This document shows, piece after piece, positions 12,847-27,007 of a stretch of 64,000 nt of DNA. The notes below the pieces were generated by a model that was not told the origin of the DNA, did not search any database, and was given only the letters and a program-made list of their open reading frames with translations. The translations under genes and the position numbers were made by a program. How positions within the stretch are numbered: the first letter of the stretch is position 1; every line of letters begins with the position of its first letter. Source of the DNA: Squalus acanthias (taxonomy: Eukaryota); the NCBI GenBank assembly GCA_030390025.1, contig JASTWF010000332.1, positions 310,001 to 374,000 on the forward strand, read 5' to 3'.

Positions 12847-13786
12847 TATTACCTCAGCCGTACTTTTAATTGGAATAGGTTTTTTTTAATCCACAACTCT
12901 TCCTCTGCTGTGGATGACTCCAGTTCCAAACAACAGTTTTGATTAAATCCGCCAAGCAATAAATAAAAAAAACAAACCCACGTCTGCTTTTTGGTGCTGA
13001 CATGCAAAGGAATGGATGAATGGTCTTGTACAGGGAGATACAGGGCCTGCAGAGGAAGCCAAGCAAAGCCACCTACCTGTTTTATAACCATCACTACTGG
13101 GATCAATACGGTTTTTCAAAATAGCAAAAGCCAGCCAGAATAAAGAGAAAATTAGATGATGAACAAATGCAGTGACGACGACAGGTCTTCACCCGACAGT
13201 TATTAAACCAACCTTACTTTCCCACTGCCAAGGGTTGGCCGATTAAATATACATTTATCTTCCATTTCCCTTCATAATATTTAAACCTCTATTTATTAAC
13301 TGTCTCCTGGAGGACACAATTAGCCACTGACGATAATTCATCAAAACCACCGGCTGACGAAATGCCAACGTATGATAAAGTAAAGCAATTTTACTATCCT
13401 TACAAAGTACAAAAAAACTCTCACATTTCATTAACAACTGCTGTAGAAGGGTAGACAGTCTACAAGCAATACCTCACTCCAGTGGCCCACTATTGCTTCA
13501 GACAGGAATTTTACACAAAAAAAAATCTTTATTAAAGACACCTATTCTTGCTGGGACACAGTTCCAGAGGGGGTACAACTTCCATTTGCTGGAGTGCAGA
13601 CTGTTCAACAGTACCATCATAAGCCAAGCCTGCTCCAGTCTCCCTCACTCCCACCCCGCCCCCCAATGTTTACATAGGCACGTTTTAGAAGTAATCACTA
13701 GCAGGGGCGGCGTTAGGACCATGCAATTGCATGGGGCAACGAGTTAAGTTCCCCCCGAGCAGATACAGCGATGTATTCAGCGATCT

Positions 13787-15014
13787 TGACATCTCACATT
13801 GTAGGGAAAGTGGCAAGTTCGATCCAAAATTGGCTCAGTGGCAGGAAGCAAAGGGTAATGGTCGACGGGTGTTTGTGTGACTGGAAGGCTGTTTCCAGTG
13901 GGGTTCCGCAGGGCTCAGTACCAAGTCCCTTGCTTTTTGTGGTATATACATCAATGATTTAGACTTCAATGTAGGGGGCATGATTAAAAAGTTTGCAGAG
14001 GATACAAAAATTGGCAGTGTGGTTGATAGTGAGGAAGAAAGCTGTAGATGGCAGGGAGATATCAATGGACTGGTCAGGTAGGCAGAAAGGTGGCAAATGG
14101 AATTCAATCCAGAGAAGTGTGAGGTAATGCATTTGGGGAGGGCTAACAAGGCATGGGAATACACAATAAATGGTAGGATACTGAGAATTGTAGAGGAAAA
14201 CAAAGGGGCCTTGGAGTGCATGTCCACAAATCCCTGAAGGTATCACGACAGGTAGATAAGGTGGTTAAGAAGGAATACGGGATACTTTCCTTTATTAGCC
14301 AAGGTACAGAATATAAGAGCAGGGAGGTTATGCTTGAAATTTATAAAACCTGAGTTAGGCCACAGCTAGAGTACTGCGTACAGTTCTGGTCACCACATTA
14401 CAGGAAAGATGTGATTGCACTAGAGAGGGTACAGAGGAGATTTACCAGGATGTTGCCTGGACTGGAGAATTTTAGCTATGAGGAAAGATTGGATAGACTG
14501 GGGTTGCTTTCTCTCGAGCAGAGGAGACCGAGGGGAGATTTAATTGAGGTGTATAAAATTATGAGGGGCCTAGATAGAGTGGATAGGAAGGACCTATTTC
14601 CCTTAGCAGCGAGGTCAATAACCAGGGGACATAGATTTAAAGTAACTGGTAGAAAGATTAGAGGGGAGATTAAAGAAAAAAGAAACTTACATTTATATAG
14701 CACCTTTCACGACCACCGAACGTCTCAAAGCCAATGAAGTACTTTTGGAGTGTAGTCACTGTTGTAAGCGGAAGAGAACTTTGTTCACCCAGAGGGTGGT
14801 GGGGGTCTGGAACTCACTGCCTGAAAGGGTGGTAGAGGCAGAAACACTCATTGCATTTAAAAAGTACTTGGATATGCACTTGAGGTGCCGTAACCTACAA
14901 GGCTACGGACCAAGAGCTGGAAAGTGGGATTAGGCTGGATAGCTCTTTTTAGGTTGGCACAGACACGATGGGCTGAATGGTCTCCTTCTGTGCCGTAAAT
15001 TTCTATGGTTCTAT
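13787..15014 (+). mobile_element. CR1 LINE 3' ~1.2 kb, decayed; contains an antisense SINE-tail piece at ~14672-14766
   Basis: ORFs with SGVPQGSV, ALERVQRRFTRMLPGL, FTQRVVGVWNSLP; ttctatggttctatg tail; possible TSD gatct 13782-13786 and 15015-15019. Confidence 0.93.
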
Positions 15015-16592
15015 GATCTCAGCTTGGCTCGACAGGGCCCCCAAACCGATCCTCTGCAAGGCAAACGGCACTCCTGATGAGAAGCTAGAATTCTGGCTGA
15101 TTTTCTCTCTTTAGCCTAAGGACACCAAGGCCACATGTAGTGCACCCCACCGCCCCCGCCACCACCACCCCCCACCCCCTTCCAATTGGCCAGCAAGAGC
15201 TACACAGCCATGCAAGGCAGGGGGAGCTCAGACAGATTTTCCTCTTCTGCGAGATACATCTGAAAATGAAGGAAGCTCGACATTGATAGCAGACAGCTTT
15301 GAAAGACAGGGACTCTGGCACAGGATCAGGGTTGGTGATTTTCCAACATTCTACTGCTAAAAAGGTGATCAACTCCTCCGGTATTCATAAAACCTTAAAA
15401 GCTTGATGGATTAAGTTGCGCATCATCGCTCTTTTTGAAAGTCTCAGAAAACCCTCTATGGTCACAGACTTACAGTAATAGGCCTGGAAGTTGCCTTGTA
15501 TTTTCAAATTCAACTCGGCCAAGGTGATCCTATGAACCCCTATAATGTTTGTCACATCATAAAGTTGAAAGGAACCTCTTGGTTTCGAAGCCTGTTTGCA
15601 TTAGGAAACCATGTTAAACTGAATAAGAATATCTAGTAGTGTTTAAAATGACTTCAATCCAAATCAAAACGAATACCAGAAAGCTTGAATGACCTCTTCA
15701 AGTGTGCAATAGAACATCAGGCAGAACCAAGAGAAATTGGAATTAGACCAGCTCCAAAGCATTTGAATTGAATTGGTGTACCCAGTGAGCAGCTTTAACC
15801 AATCAGCAGAAGGGGCCGTCTCTACTCTAAATCAAACATGTGACATGTTTACACAGTGCAGTTTGATTCAACATCGCTGTAAATCTGGAACCAATCCAAA
15901 TTTAAGGGTATTGTTTATACAGGAATTCAGATGCAGCAAAACGGCATAGCAGATTGCTAGATATGATGAATGGCTGGCAATGCTTTCTTTGGAGTAACTT
16001 TCTAGCCTTAAGGGGTCAGACAATTTTTCCATCTACTTGATTGCACCTTTATGGCCTGTGAGAACACAATAATAGAGATCTTATAACAGTGGCTAGAGAG
16101 TCAACCTGCTCAAATTATAGTGCCATCGATCTTTCAATGTGCCAGCGTGCCTTGCTAAATGCTGGAGCAGGTCATGGTCCTGACTTTGTGAAAAAAGTTA
16201 AAACTTCTGATAAAATAACATCAGCGAACTTGTGCAATTTGAAAAATAGCAGAACATTGAGGACAGGGAGTGTTCAAACTCATTAAAAAAAAACACGCCT
16301 TTTACCTTAAACTTTGGTGTGCCGAGATAGAGTGCACCTTGCAATCTGTAATTTAAAATATTTTATTCCTTGATTTTTTAAATCTTTACAACTTTAGCAG
16401 TGTGATCTGCTGCAGTATCAGCAGCGACATTCACCTGGTGATGGTGCATGGACTTGGTGAATGACGTGTTACGGCATTACGAGCATGAATCTCAAGCAAG
16501 GGTATCCCAGCGAGTCGCCAAGGTCATTGGGTTCCTGTATTTGTTGAGTTATTACATGATTTCTGTCGCTGTACACCAATAAACTGATTAAT

Positions 16593-16860
16593 AGAAAAGA
16601 AAGAATTTGCATTTATATAGCCCAAAGTATTTTCAAAGTGGAGTCACTGTTGTAATGTAGGAAACGTGGCAGCCAATTTGTGCACAGCAAGCTCCCACAA
16701 ACAGTGATGAGTTAATGACCAGATAATGTTTTGGTGATGTTGGTTGAGGAATAAATAGGGAACCCTGGAGAACTCCACTGCTCTTCCTTCAATAGTGTAA
16801 TGGGATTTTTGCATTCAAAGATGGCAGACGGGCCTCAGTTTAACGTCTCAGCCAAAAGAT
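16593..16860 (-). mobile_element. Deu-domain SINE, partial
   Basis: gaatttgcatttatatag...ggcagccaatttgtgcacagcaagctcccacaaac...cagacgggcctcagtttaacgtctca. Confidence 0.85.
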
Positions 16861-17825
16861 AATTAGTTAATATACTAATAAAAAACCTATATTCAAAGTC
16901 GATCATTTGAAGACATGTGCTTTCCTTTGAATAGCTAACAGTAGTTTAGTAGTTAGGGCACAGGCTCTCGAAGTCTGTCTGTAATTATAGGGAGTCTCCC
17001 ATTACCCAATTTAGGTTCTCCCACCAACTCGCCCTCCCCCCCCACCCCCACAGGCATAGGCAAAATACTAAACAGCACCATACTTCGGTTAGTGAACTGA
17101 AATTCGTCCACCGATGTTAATGTGCCTTTTTTTTAAAAGGAAGCTGCCATTTTACAGTTTCTCAAGGTGGTGCAGATCCTTTCAGTGAATCAGCAGTGTC
17201 ATTTTCACTGGCACACATCCCATAGTCTTGAAATGCATTTTTTGGAATGTTACACATTGAATACGCACGCCTGCAGAACCTGTTGTGTAGTCACCAGAAT
17301 TAAAGACCAACACCTTAAACCTGTAAAACTTAATTGACCCATTTCTTTTGAAGCAGTGAAGTAAAGAAGAAGGAATTTGCATAAACAAAAGGTTTGTTCT
17401 CAAACCTTGGTACACAATGGTACCATCACCTACCACAGCTGTATTTCTTTAAGCAAATTTCCCCAGACTATTTTCACACATGAATCACAACTAGACATTA
17501 CAGATCTGTCTTGTCAATGCTGCATATATTAACACTTTAAACATGCTGTCCCACCAAAGGGAATCCTTATTCAAGTGCCTAGTTCATTTTCAGCGTCTCT
17601 GGTCTAGCATTTTGTTCTTGGTGGAAAAAAAAGGAGCCACAATTTTAAATCCTAGCTGCTCAAAACTGTCACACTAAATGACAGAAATTCCTACTCTTGT
17701 CAAACACCACACAACAAAAACCACTTAGACAGTAAGTATTGATATCCAAACATTTTGCTAGCTCTACAAACACCTAAACTAATCCATTAAAGATGCATTT
17801 TTTCCATTTAATAAAATGGTGAATG

Positions 17826-18135
17826 GAAAGAAAGAAGAACTTGCATTTATATAGTGCCTTTCACGACCTCAGGCCTACACTCTCTGGAGTTTAGAAGAAT
17901 GAGAGGTGATCTCATTGAAACATTTAAGATTCTGAGGGAGATTGACAGGGTAGATGCCGAGAGGATGTTTCCCCTGGCTGGAGAGTCTAAAACTAGGGGG
18001 CATAGTCTCAGGATTTAAGAAGTCTCAGGATTTAAGACTGAGATGAGGAGGAATTTCTTCACTCAGAGGGTTGTGAATCTTTGGAATTCTCTACCTGAAA
18101 GGGCTGGGGATGCTCAGTCATTGAGTATATTCAAA

Positions 18136-18177
<42 letters not shown>

Positions 18178-18376
18178 AGACTCCAGGGGAAAGCGAGGGA
18201 TATGGTGATCGGGTGGAAAAGTGGAGTTGAGGTCAAAGATGAGCCATGATCTTATTGAATGGCGGAGCAGGCTTGAGGCCACATGGCCTACTCCTGCTCC
18301 TAATTCTTATATTCTTATGTCCCAAAGCACTTCACAGGCAATGAAGTACTTTTGAAATGTAGTTAATGTTGCAATG
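17826..18376. mobile_element. CR1 3' end (+, ~17871-18318, with (GA)n at 18139-18171) inserted in a minus-strand Deu-SINE tail
   Basis: SINE tail ...tttcacgacctcagg resumes as gtcccaaagcacttcacag after the CR1; ORF has MRRNFFTQRVVNLWNSLP. Confidence 0.85.
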
Positions 18377-19619
18377 TGAGGGAAAAAGAAAGAAAAAGGT
18401 TTTCCAGAAAAGCATCTGGCCCACCAACAGGAAATGGCCGTCTTCAACAGAGTCGCCACATACTCAACAGCAGTTTATTGGAACACCCCATCTCCCGAAG
18501 AAATAGCAACAGTAGAAACATAATCTGCAGCAGCCTGTCAGCCACAGGTAAGCGGTTTGGCCCTGTGTCAGTGCTTGCCTCTCTTGTACTGGCCTCGATA
18601 GTGATCAGGGCAGTATTCAAGACTGATTCTCTTTCCAACAAGGGTCATCACCTTCAACCATGACTGTCTAGCCTCAACATACTGTAGTAATAACAACATG
18701 ACTGAAGTCAAGTTATGGCTTTTGAAAGAGTGAGATGAAATCTGGCAATCTTCAACTATGTGTTTGTTTTTTTTTTTGCATTTAAAGTTTGGAGCTTTGG
18801 TGCCTACCAACTGACAGGCGACTGTCCTCTGTATTTATTCAAGCTATACCTTTTAATCATCAAGCCCTAATTGTTCTCAAATAACATATTTATGTGCGGC
18901 TAGGTGATAAATGCGGTTTTTACCTTTGTGGGACTTCCTCTAAATCATGTCAATGTGGTTGACGGTTGGTTGGGTCTAAACCAATGTTAATGTCAATTCT
19001 GAAGGAATGAATGAGGCAGACACAATAGCAATAGCCGAGCTGCAGAAAGACTGGCAGTCTGCAGTGTAAGTGCCATCACTCAGCCTGGGCTGCAACAATA
19101 AGACCTGGCTGGTGCCAGATAGTCATACACTTGGAACTGCAGGCAAGAGAGAGAATTTGGTGGGCATGGTGGCATGAAAGTCCTGGCAGCGCCATCGTGT
19201 ACCTGCCCACTTTGGTAGGTATAGCAGCAAAAATCAATACACCACCCGAAAAACACTCTGAACGAATCCTTTTCATGTGTCGGGAAAGCACAGCTGTACA
19301 GAGAAATGGATGATCTGGGCCTACGGATAGATCCTGTTCAAATATCCACATTGCATTCATCGAAATCCAGGTATTTCTGGGAAATAGCACAATACGGAGT
19401 TTGAACAGTCCTGCAACTTTGAACAATGCACTCGATTTGAATAGGTTGATGTCAACACCAATCAGCACAGCTTTAAAGAAGGGCAGAGTGCGTTGTGGAT
19501 AAAATAGCCAAGAAAAACAAACAGTACTTTTATGGGAGTATCAGAAGGACACTTTGAAAATGTAGAGAAGAACAAATTAGTCGTCAAGACTGATACTCAA
19601 CAAATATTATGCATTACCA

Positions 19620-19648
19620 TGTCAAGTCAAGTTAAGTCAAGTCAAGTC
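19620..19648. repeat. (GTCAA)n pentanucleotide microsatellite
   Basis: gtcaagtcaagttaagtcaagtcaagtc. Confidence 0.8.
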
Positions 19649-19696
19649 TCAATATTTGGAGTGAGAAGCAGTCATTTTAGTTTTAAAGTATGACCT

Positions 19697-19965
19697 GATG
19701 GCACAGCTGTTTAAAGCAAGGAAAAGTTGGGACACACAGACCCGGAAGGCCTCCGGTTTGACCACCAGTATATACTGGAGTTAGCTGATCTCACGCAGGG
19801 TAGTTGTAGGAAATGTTATAATTGGCCTCATTCCCTGGGTTAGGGAGCAGAACATCAGCCAGGGTTTCCAGTCCTGATCGCTATCCACGGATCCCTGCTG
19901 CACATTTACATGTGTGGCTGTTGGTTGAGGACAGGAACCAGCTGGAGCAGCGATGCCCCAAAGTC
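19697..19965 (+). mobile_element. Old SINE-like repeat; a related copy lies at ~33270-33615 on the minus strand
   Basis: Shared motifs gagttagctgat, taggg..g..cagccag, tcctgatc, tgaggac.ggat/aac in both copies; possible tRNA-like head. Confidence 0.5.
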
Positions 19966-19996
19966 TGCCAATGCTCATGGGCTTGTTTAAAAAATT

Positions 19997-22415
19997 AACT
20001 CTCGGGATGTGGGCGTCGCTGGCAAAGCCGGCATTTACTGCCCATCCCAAGTTGCCCTGAGAAAATGGCGTTGGGCCGGCTTCTCAAAACACTGGTAGTA
20101 TTTTGATGCAACAAAGTGGCTTGCTTGGCCACTTCAGAAAGCAGTTCAGAGTCAACCACATTGGTGTGGGACTGGAGTCACATAAAGGCCAGACCGGGTA
20201 AGGGCACCAGGTTTCCTTCTCTGAAAGGGCATTAGTGAACCAGTTGGGTTATGTGGCCACTTTTTACTGATTTTAAATTCCTCAAACATAGAAACATAGA
20301 AGATAGGAGCAGGAGTAGGCCATTCGGCCCCTCGAGTCTGTTCTGCCATTTAATGAGATCACGGCTGATCATCCAAATTCAGTACCCTGTCCCTGCTTTC
20401 TCCCCATATCCCTTTAGCCTTAAGAAATATATCTAACTCCTTCTTGAATATATTTAATGAATTGGCCTCAACTGCCTTCTGTGGTAGAGAATTCCACAGG
20501 TTCACCACTCTCTGGGTGAAGAAATTCCTCCTCATCTCAGTCCTAAATGGCTTACCCCTTATCCTTAGACTGTGACCCCTGATTCTGGACTCCCCCGCCA
20601 TCGGGAACATCCTTCCTGCATCTAGTCTGTCTAGTCCTGTTAGAATTTTATAAGTTTCAATGAGATCCCCTCTCATTCTTCTAAACTCTAGCGAATATAA
20701 GCCTAATCGACCTAATCTCTCTTCATACGTCATTCCTGCCATCCCAGGTATCAGTCTGGTGAATCTTCGCTGCACTCCCTCCATGGCAAGAACATCCTTC
20801 CTCAGATAAGGTGACCAAAACTGCACACAATACTCGAGATGTGGTCTCACCAAGGCCCTGTACAATGGCAGCAAGACATCCTTGCTCCTGTACTCGAATC
20901 CTCTCGCTATGAAGGCCAACATACCATTTGCCGCCTTAACCACCTGCTGCACCTGCATGCTTACCTTCAGCGACTGGTGCACAAGGACACCCAGGTCTCG
21001 TTGCACTTCCCCTTTTCCCAATCTATTGCCGTTCAGATAATAATCTGTCTTCCTGTTTTTGCCACTGAAGTGGATAACCTCGCATTTATCCACATTATAC
21101 TGCATTTGCCATGCATCTGCCCAATCACCCAACCTGTCCAAATCATACTGGAGTTTCTCTGCATCCTCCACCCAGCTTTGTCTCATCTGTAAACTTGGAG
21201 ATATTACATCTAGTTCCCTCGTCTAGATCATTAATATATTGTGAATAGCTGGGGTCCTAGCACCGATCCCTGCGGTACCCCACTAGTCACTGCCTGCCAC
21301 TCGCAAAAAGACCCGTTTATTCCAACTCTTTGCTTCCTGTCTGCCAACCAGTTCTCTATCCAAGACAGTACCTTATCCCTAATCCCATGTGCTTTATCTT
21401 TGCACGCTAATCTCTTATGCGGGACCTTATCGAAAGCCTTCTGAAAGTCCAAATATACCACATCCACTGGTTCTCCCTTATCTATTCTACGAGTTACATC
21501 CTCAAAAAATTCCAGTAGATTAGTCAAGCATGATTTGCCTTTTGTAAATCCATGTTGACTTTGTCCGATCCTGTCACTGTTTTCCAAGTGCTCTGCTATT
21601 ACATCTTTTATAATGGACTCTAGCATTTTCCCCACTACCGATGTCAGGCTTACCGGTCTATAATGCCCCGTTTTCTCGCTACCACCTTTTTTAAATAGTG
21701 GGGTTACATTAGCTGTCCTCCAATCCATGGGAACTGTTCCAGAGTCTATAGAATTTTGGAAGATGACCAGCAATGCATCTACTATTTCTAGGGCCACTTC
21801 CTTAAGTACCCTAGGATGTAGCTTATCAGGCCCTGGGGATTTATCGGCCTTCAATCCCATCAATTTCCCCCAACACCATTTCCCTACAAATACTGATTTC
21901 ATTCAATTCCTCCCTCTCATTAGACCCTATGTTCCCCGACATCTCTGGGAGGTTATTTGTGTCCTCCTTTGTGAAGATAGAACCAAAGTATGTATTTAAT
22001 TGGTCTGCCATTTCTTTGTTCCCCATTATAAATTCCCCCGATTCTGACTGCAAGGGACCTATGCTTGACTTCACCAATCTTTTTCTCTTCACATATCTAT
22101 AGAAGCTTTTACAGTCAGTCAGTTTTTATGTTCCCTGCAAGCTTACTCTCATACTCTATTTTCCCCCTCTTAATTAATCCTTTTGTCCTCCTTTGCTGAA
22201 TCCTAAACCGCTCCCAATCCTCAGGTTTGCTGCTTTTTCTGGCCAATTTATATGTCCTCGCCTTGGATCTTATGCTATCCCTAATTTCCCTTGTTAGCCA
22301 CGGTTGAGTCACCTTTTTTGTTTTATTTTTATCACAATGGGATTTGAACTCAGTCTCTGGATTATTATTCCAGCCCTCTGGAATACTCGTCTGGCAACAT
22401 AACCACTGTGCTACC
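19997..22415 (-). mobile_element. tRNA-derived SINE (family of 2583-2870) split into ~19997-20285 and ~22335-22415 by a CR1
   Basis: Tail gggatgtgggcgtcgctggc on the left; head gggatttgaactc...aacataaccactgtgctacc on the right of the LINE. Confidence 0.75.
20286..22334 (-). mobile_element. CR1 LINE ~2.05 kb, same subfamily as 8677-11157
   Basis: ORFs 20359..21186, 21231..21902, 21841..22092, 22115..22312 are RT-domain fragments; near-identical to the 8677 copy by eye. Confidence 0.97.
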
Positions 22416-22667
22416 TTACTCTTGGCTCACAAAGAAAATGGCTACTTGGGCAAGGTACTGGAAAGCAACAAACTTTATTTCAGCAAGGCCACGCGCTCTT
22501 CAGGAGAAGAGGCAAGAACAGTCAGGAAAAGGAGGAAGAAAAAAAAAGTGACCTATGTTGATGAATCGCACTCTGAAAAATAAACTCCATATTAGGTTTG
22601 CAATTGGTATCATTCTCTGTGATCATAAATCTCACTCCTAGCATTGGTGTGACGTCGACGGTGGTGC

Positions 22668-23420
22668 TTGTAGCCACCGACTCCATCCCTCTCCAGGGAC
22701 ACTGTCTGAGGCTGAACCAGACCGTTTGCAACCTTGGTGTCCTATTTGACCCAGAGACGAGATTCCGACCACATATCCGCTCCATCACCAAGACCCCCAC
22801 TTCCATCTCTAACATCACCCGTCTCCGTCCCTACTTCAGCTCATCGGCTGCTGAAACCGGCATCCATGCCTGGTTACCTCCAGACTTGACTATTCCAACG
22901 CACTCCTGGCTGGCCTCCCATCTTCCACCCTCCATAAACTTGAAATTATCCAAAACTCTGATGCCTGTATGCTAACTCACACCAAGTCCCGTTCACCCAT
23001 CATCCCTGTGCTCGCTGACCTGCATTGGCTCCCAGTCTGGCAACACCTTGATTTTAAAATTCTCATCCTTGTTTTCAAATTCCTCCATAGCCTCACCCCT
23101 CCCTATCTCTAATCTTCTCCAGCCCTATAACCCTCCGAGATCTCTGCACTCCTCCAATTCTGGCTTTATGCGCATCCCTGATTTTAAATCACTCCACCAT
23201 TGGTGGCCATGCCTTCAGCTGCCTGGGCCCCAAGCTGTGGAATTGCCTTTCCATCTCTCTCCTCCTTCAAGACTCTCCTTAAAACCTACCTCTTTGACCA
23301 AGTTTTGGTCACCTGTCCTAATATTGCCTTATGTGGCTCGGTATCAAATTTTGTTTGATAACGTTCCTGTGAAGCACCTTGGGATGTTTAACTTCATTAA
23401 AGGTGCTATATAAATACAAG
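22668..23420 (+). mobile_element. L2-type LINE 3' fragment
   Basis: LRLNQTVCNLGVLFDPETRFRPHIRSITK; cccatcatccctgtgctcgctgacctgcattggctcccag (PI.PVLADLHWLP); tail ggtgctatataaatacaagttg. Confidence 0.88.
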
Positions 23421-23924
23421 TTGTTTCAGTTAACCATGCGGTGAAATTGTTTCAAGCGTCGATCCACAGAATGCATTGAATTCACATGCAGATTATTTTT
23501 GTTAGAGATGTGGTACCACTCAGGGCAGGGGAATGAGAAGCCATGTGCTAAAATATGTATTTTAAGTAAATTTGAGATAAATAGGATAACCCAAACTAGC
23601 CTCAAACTTGTGTTATTTAAACGATTGCTTTTGGTCATTAAAATTGAAAAAGAGAGTCAGTTTCTAACTGCTGTTGTGATGGAAATTACTGGCATGTTCC
23701 TCTCGCACACACCCACCCCACAACCCCTTCCCCCCCGCAAAAACGTATCTAAAAGAACGAGGGCATTGGGGAAAGCCTGCATTTGGATAGCGACAATTCA
23801 AACAAGGGACACCCACCCACCCCTTCTATTGGGCCAAAGGACAAACACATATACAACTAAAGAGTGAGTACACAGTTATGTGTACACAACTACCCCTCAC
23901 ATAGAAATATGTGCACTATAATCC

Positions 23925-24298
23925 ATAATCTAGGCTGACGCTCCAGTGCAGTACTGAGGGGGAGTGCTGCACTGCCGGAGGTGCCGTCTTTTGGATGAGA
24001 CGTTAAACTGAGGCCCCATTTGCTCTCAGGTGGACGTAAAAGATCCCACAGATCTATTCGAAGAAGAGCAGGGGAATTCTCCCCAGTGTCCTGGTCAACA
24101 TTTATCCTTCAATCACCTGAAACAGATGGTCTAGTCATTTATTTCATTGCTGTTTGTGGGAACTTGCTGTGGGCTAATTGGCTGCCATGTTCCCTGCATC
24201 ACAACAGTGACTACACTTCAAAAATACTTCATTGGTTGTAAAGTGCTTTGGGACGCCCCGAGGATGTGAAAGGCACGATATAAATTCAAGTCTTTCTT
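23925..24298 (+). mobile_element. Deu-domain SINE (SacSINE1/AmnSINE1-like), head truncated
   Basis: cagtgcagtactgagggggagtgctgcactgccggaggtgccgtcttttggatgagacgttaaac Deu-type core; tail taaattcaagtctttctttt. Confidence 0.88.
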
Positions 24299-25144
24299 TT
24301 ATGTGCACTGCATAGCACAAACGTTATACCTACACATTGTGAAGTCCCACATACATCACCGGATAACCGGTCTTCAACTTCTTCTGATAGACTTAATTCC
24401 AGAGATAATCGTATGTGGAACAGTGCGTTTAATAATAAGCAGTGTCTATTATACAAGTCAGAACACAACAGTACTTCACTTCTCACCGCTCACTCTTCTC
24501 CCACATAGAGCCTTCTGTATCTTGCCTTTATAGCCAACTGACCCCCCCCCCCCCCCACCCCCTTCCCCAGGGTGGGAGGAACTTGCACTGCACCCCACGG
24601 CCACACATGCCATGTCCTAGAGATACACTGCAACATTTGCACCACCAGAACCCAGGCATTGCACAAACATGCAGTTCTTAACAAACATATTCACACACAT
24701 ACCAGCATGTACACTCCCTACAGTTTAAACAGATTTTATTGTTCAATTCCTCAAAGTTCCATCAGCAAGAGAACAGGAGTGTGAACCTTCTGTAGCCTCT
24801 GCGAATGTCACTCCTGAGCCGGCTGCAATCTGTATAAACTGTCAGCACAGATTACAGGTTGTCTTGCTCATGACTCTTGTCAATTAGTTGACTTTTGACA
24901 TCTCGCCTGAGCTGAATACACAGCGGTAATCTCCAAACAGCTTAAAAGATTCAGGCATATTGGCCTTGATATTAACCCCTGCCCGCCCCACGACAGGAGG
25001 AAGGGGGTCCCAGGGTGGGGGGGGAGGGAGGAAGGGGATTAAAGAGTTAAAATATGGGGAACGTGACCCCCAACTGTCTTTTATTTTTATTCTTTTACGG
25101 TGGTGGATATCGGGACGTCTGAGGCGGGACACGTCATTGGAATG

Positions 25145-25320
25145 TCAGACAGCATCGTGGAGAAAGAAACAGAGTTAACGTTTCAAGTCAATGACCCTTC
25201 GTCATTCTGTAACGTTGACTCTGTTTCTCTCTCCACAGACGCTGCCTGACCTGCTGAGTGTTTCCACCATTTTCTGTTGTTGTTTCTGATTTCCAGCATC
25301 CGCAGTATTTTGCTATTGCA
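25145..25320. mobile_element. Short PLE-derived inverted-repeat remnant with a broken hammerhead motif
   Basis: gtggagaaagaaacagagttaacgtt / aacgttgactctgtttctctctccac; minus strand aTGACGA-a-gggtc(att)gactt-GAA-acgt-t-aac. Confidence 0.75.
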
Positions 25321-25411
25321 CTTCATTAGAATATCTGAATCAAGATCTCACAGTGCAATTGGGAACCAAATTTAAAATTTACTGTTGCCGCACGGGTTTC
25401 CCAGGGGTCGG

Positions 25412-25546
25412 GAACACAAGACGTAGGAGCAGGAGGAGGTCATTTGGCCCCTCGAGCCTGCTCCGCCATTTAATTAAATCATGGCCGATCTGATCTTAGC
25501 CTCAACTCCACTTCCCTGCCCCCTCCCCATAACCTTTGACTCCCTT
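25412..25546 (-). mobile_element. CR1 3' terminal fragment
   Basis: aggagcaggaggaggtcatttggcccctcgagcctgctccgccatt. Confidence 0.85.
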
Positions 25547-27007
25547 AGCAGGAGCCTCAGCAGTTAAAAGGCAACCTCTTTCAGCGCTCTTTGTGGGCCA
25601 GGCGTGCTTCCCCAGACCCCTCAAACTAGCAATCGGCCTCTTCCCACCCCACCCCCGATCGCAGACCTCTCCGCCCTCTCGATTGCCGGGAAGCATCCCC
25701 AAGGCTCCCCAGTGTTCCCGCCCACTGCCGATTTGACCGGCTGCCGGGCACGAAACGGAGCTAATTTATGCTAATAAAAAAAAGGTCCTGCCGTTAAGTT
25801 CGACAGGACCTCCGCATCCCCGGCCTTGCCGGGTTCTTGGGCCATTTACAGCCTCCCCGTAAATATCAGCCATTATTTTTAATTACGGTTAAACTTTTGT
25901 AGGTGCAATAGGTCAGGAAGAGGTGGACATATATTATATTAAACTAGATTTACATAAAACTGGACAGCCATTAGGATTTACCATTACATACTACAGAAAG
26001 AGAAATAATGTCCTGATCAGGACATTTCCAGGAATCAATTGGCTTCAAATCAGAATTAGATTTACCTGCATTCAAACTTCTCACAGCGGAGGGCACAATT
26101 TTATCTGAAAAAACTCGGGAGATTATTCAGACAAGAATAAAATGCAGAGCATTTTAGTCTGAAGAAAAATGATGGTTTCCAGAGATAAGCAGCAGTGTTT
26201 AAAACCTTGGCCTTAATCCATTCGGTCCCAAGCCTTTTCCACAGCTCAGGTCAGGTCAGGTAAAGTCAAGTCGTGTATTTGAACCTGTTTGGGGAGGAGT
26301 GGGAAGAAAATGGGGTGCTGAATGGCATAAAAAGAGTCAGAAAAGCAGGGGGTGCGAAATGGGCCACAGGATTAGAGTTTACAGAGGTAGTGTGGGGCAT
26401 GCCATGAAAGGATTTATAAACATGAAGCACAATTTACAAATTGGAAAAATGCTACAGCAAGAGTCTTAAACAATCACAGCAACCACTTACCACAAAGTAA
26501 TTTTGACAAACTTGAAGCAGAAAATAAATAATTACAAAGAGTTGACAGGCGATGGAAACAAAAATCAGACAGTGCTGCACTGTGTAGTTTGCAAGACGGC
26601 CTTAGAGCACTCTGCTTAGCATTAGCAAACGTGGAATATTTGGTAAAGGGACACAGTCTGTTTTTATCAATTGCTTGACATATAGGAGGAATTAGAAATG
26701 AATGTCAATCAACTTGGACTTGAAAATTACTGATCCCATCTGGCTTTCCCTTAGTAATTAAATACATCCCGTCATAAGTCAAAACATTTGACAGGCTTGA
26801 GAAATTACTTTTGTTGAAGGATTTGCATGCTGGTATACTCGCACCATATTTAGCAAGCACATAGTTCATTTAATGAAATAGCTTAGCAAAAGAGATATAG
26901 AAACTGAGTAAAAGGGAAGAAAAGCACCAATTCTGGAAATCTAAAATAAAACCAACACGAGAAATGCACAGATCAGTCAGCATCTGTAAAGTGAAAGTTA
27001 GGTCATT

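Larger units (their letters stand above)
24962..25871. mobile_element. Harbinger-type non-autonomous element carrying two nested insertions
   Basis: Ends ggccttgatatta / aaatatcagcc with att on both flanks; GC-rich interior. Confidence 0.6.

Noticed and set aside
13719..13734. Perfect 16-bp palindrome ccatgcaattgcatgg
   Set aside because: About one such palindrome is expected by chance in 64 kb (64000/4^8)
19076..19468. 130-aa minus-strand ORF in unique sequence
   Set aside because: No recognisable domain, non-ATG start, no clear splice sites; length compatible with chance
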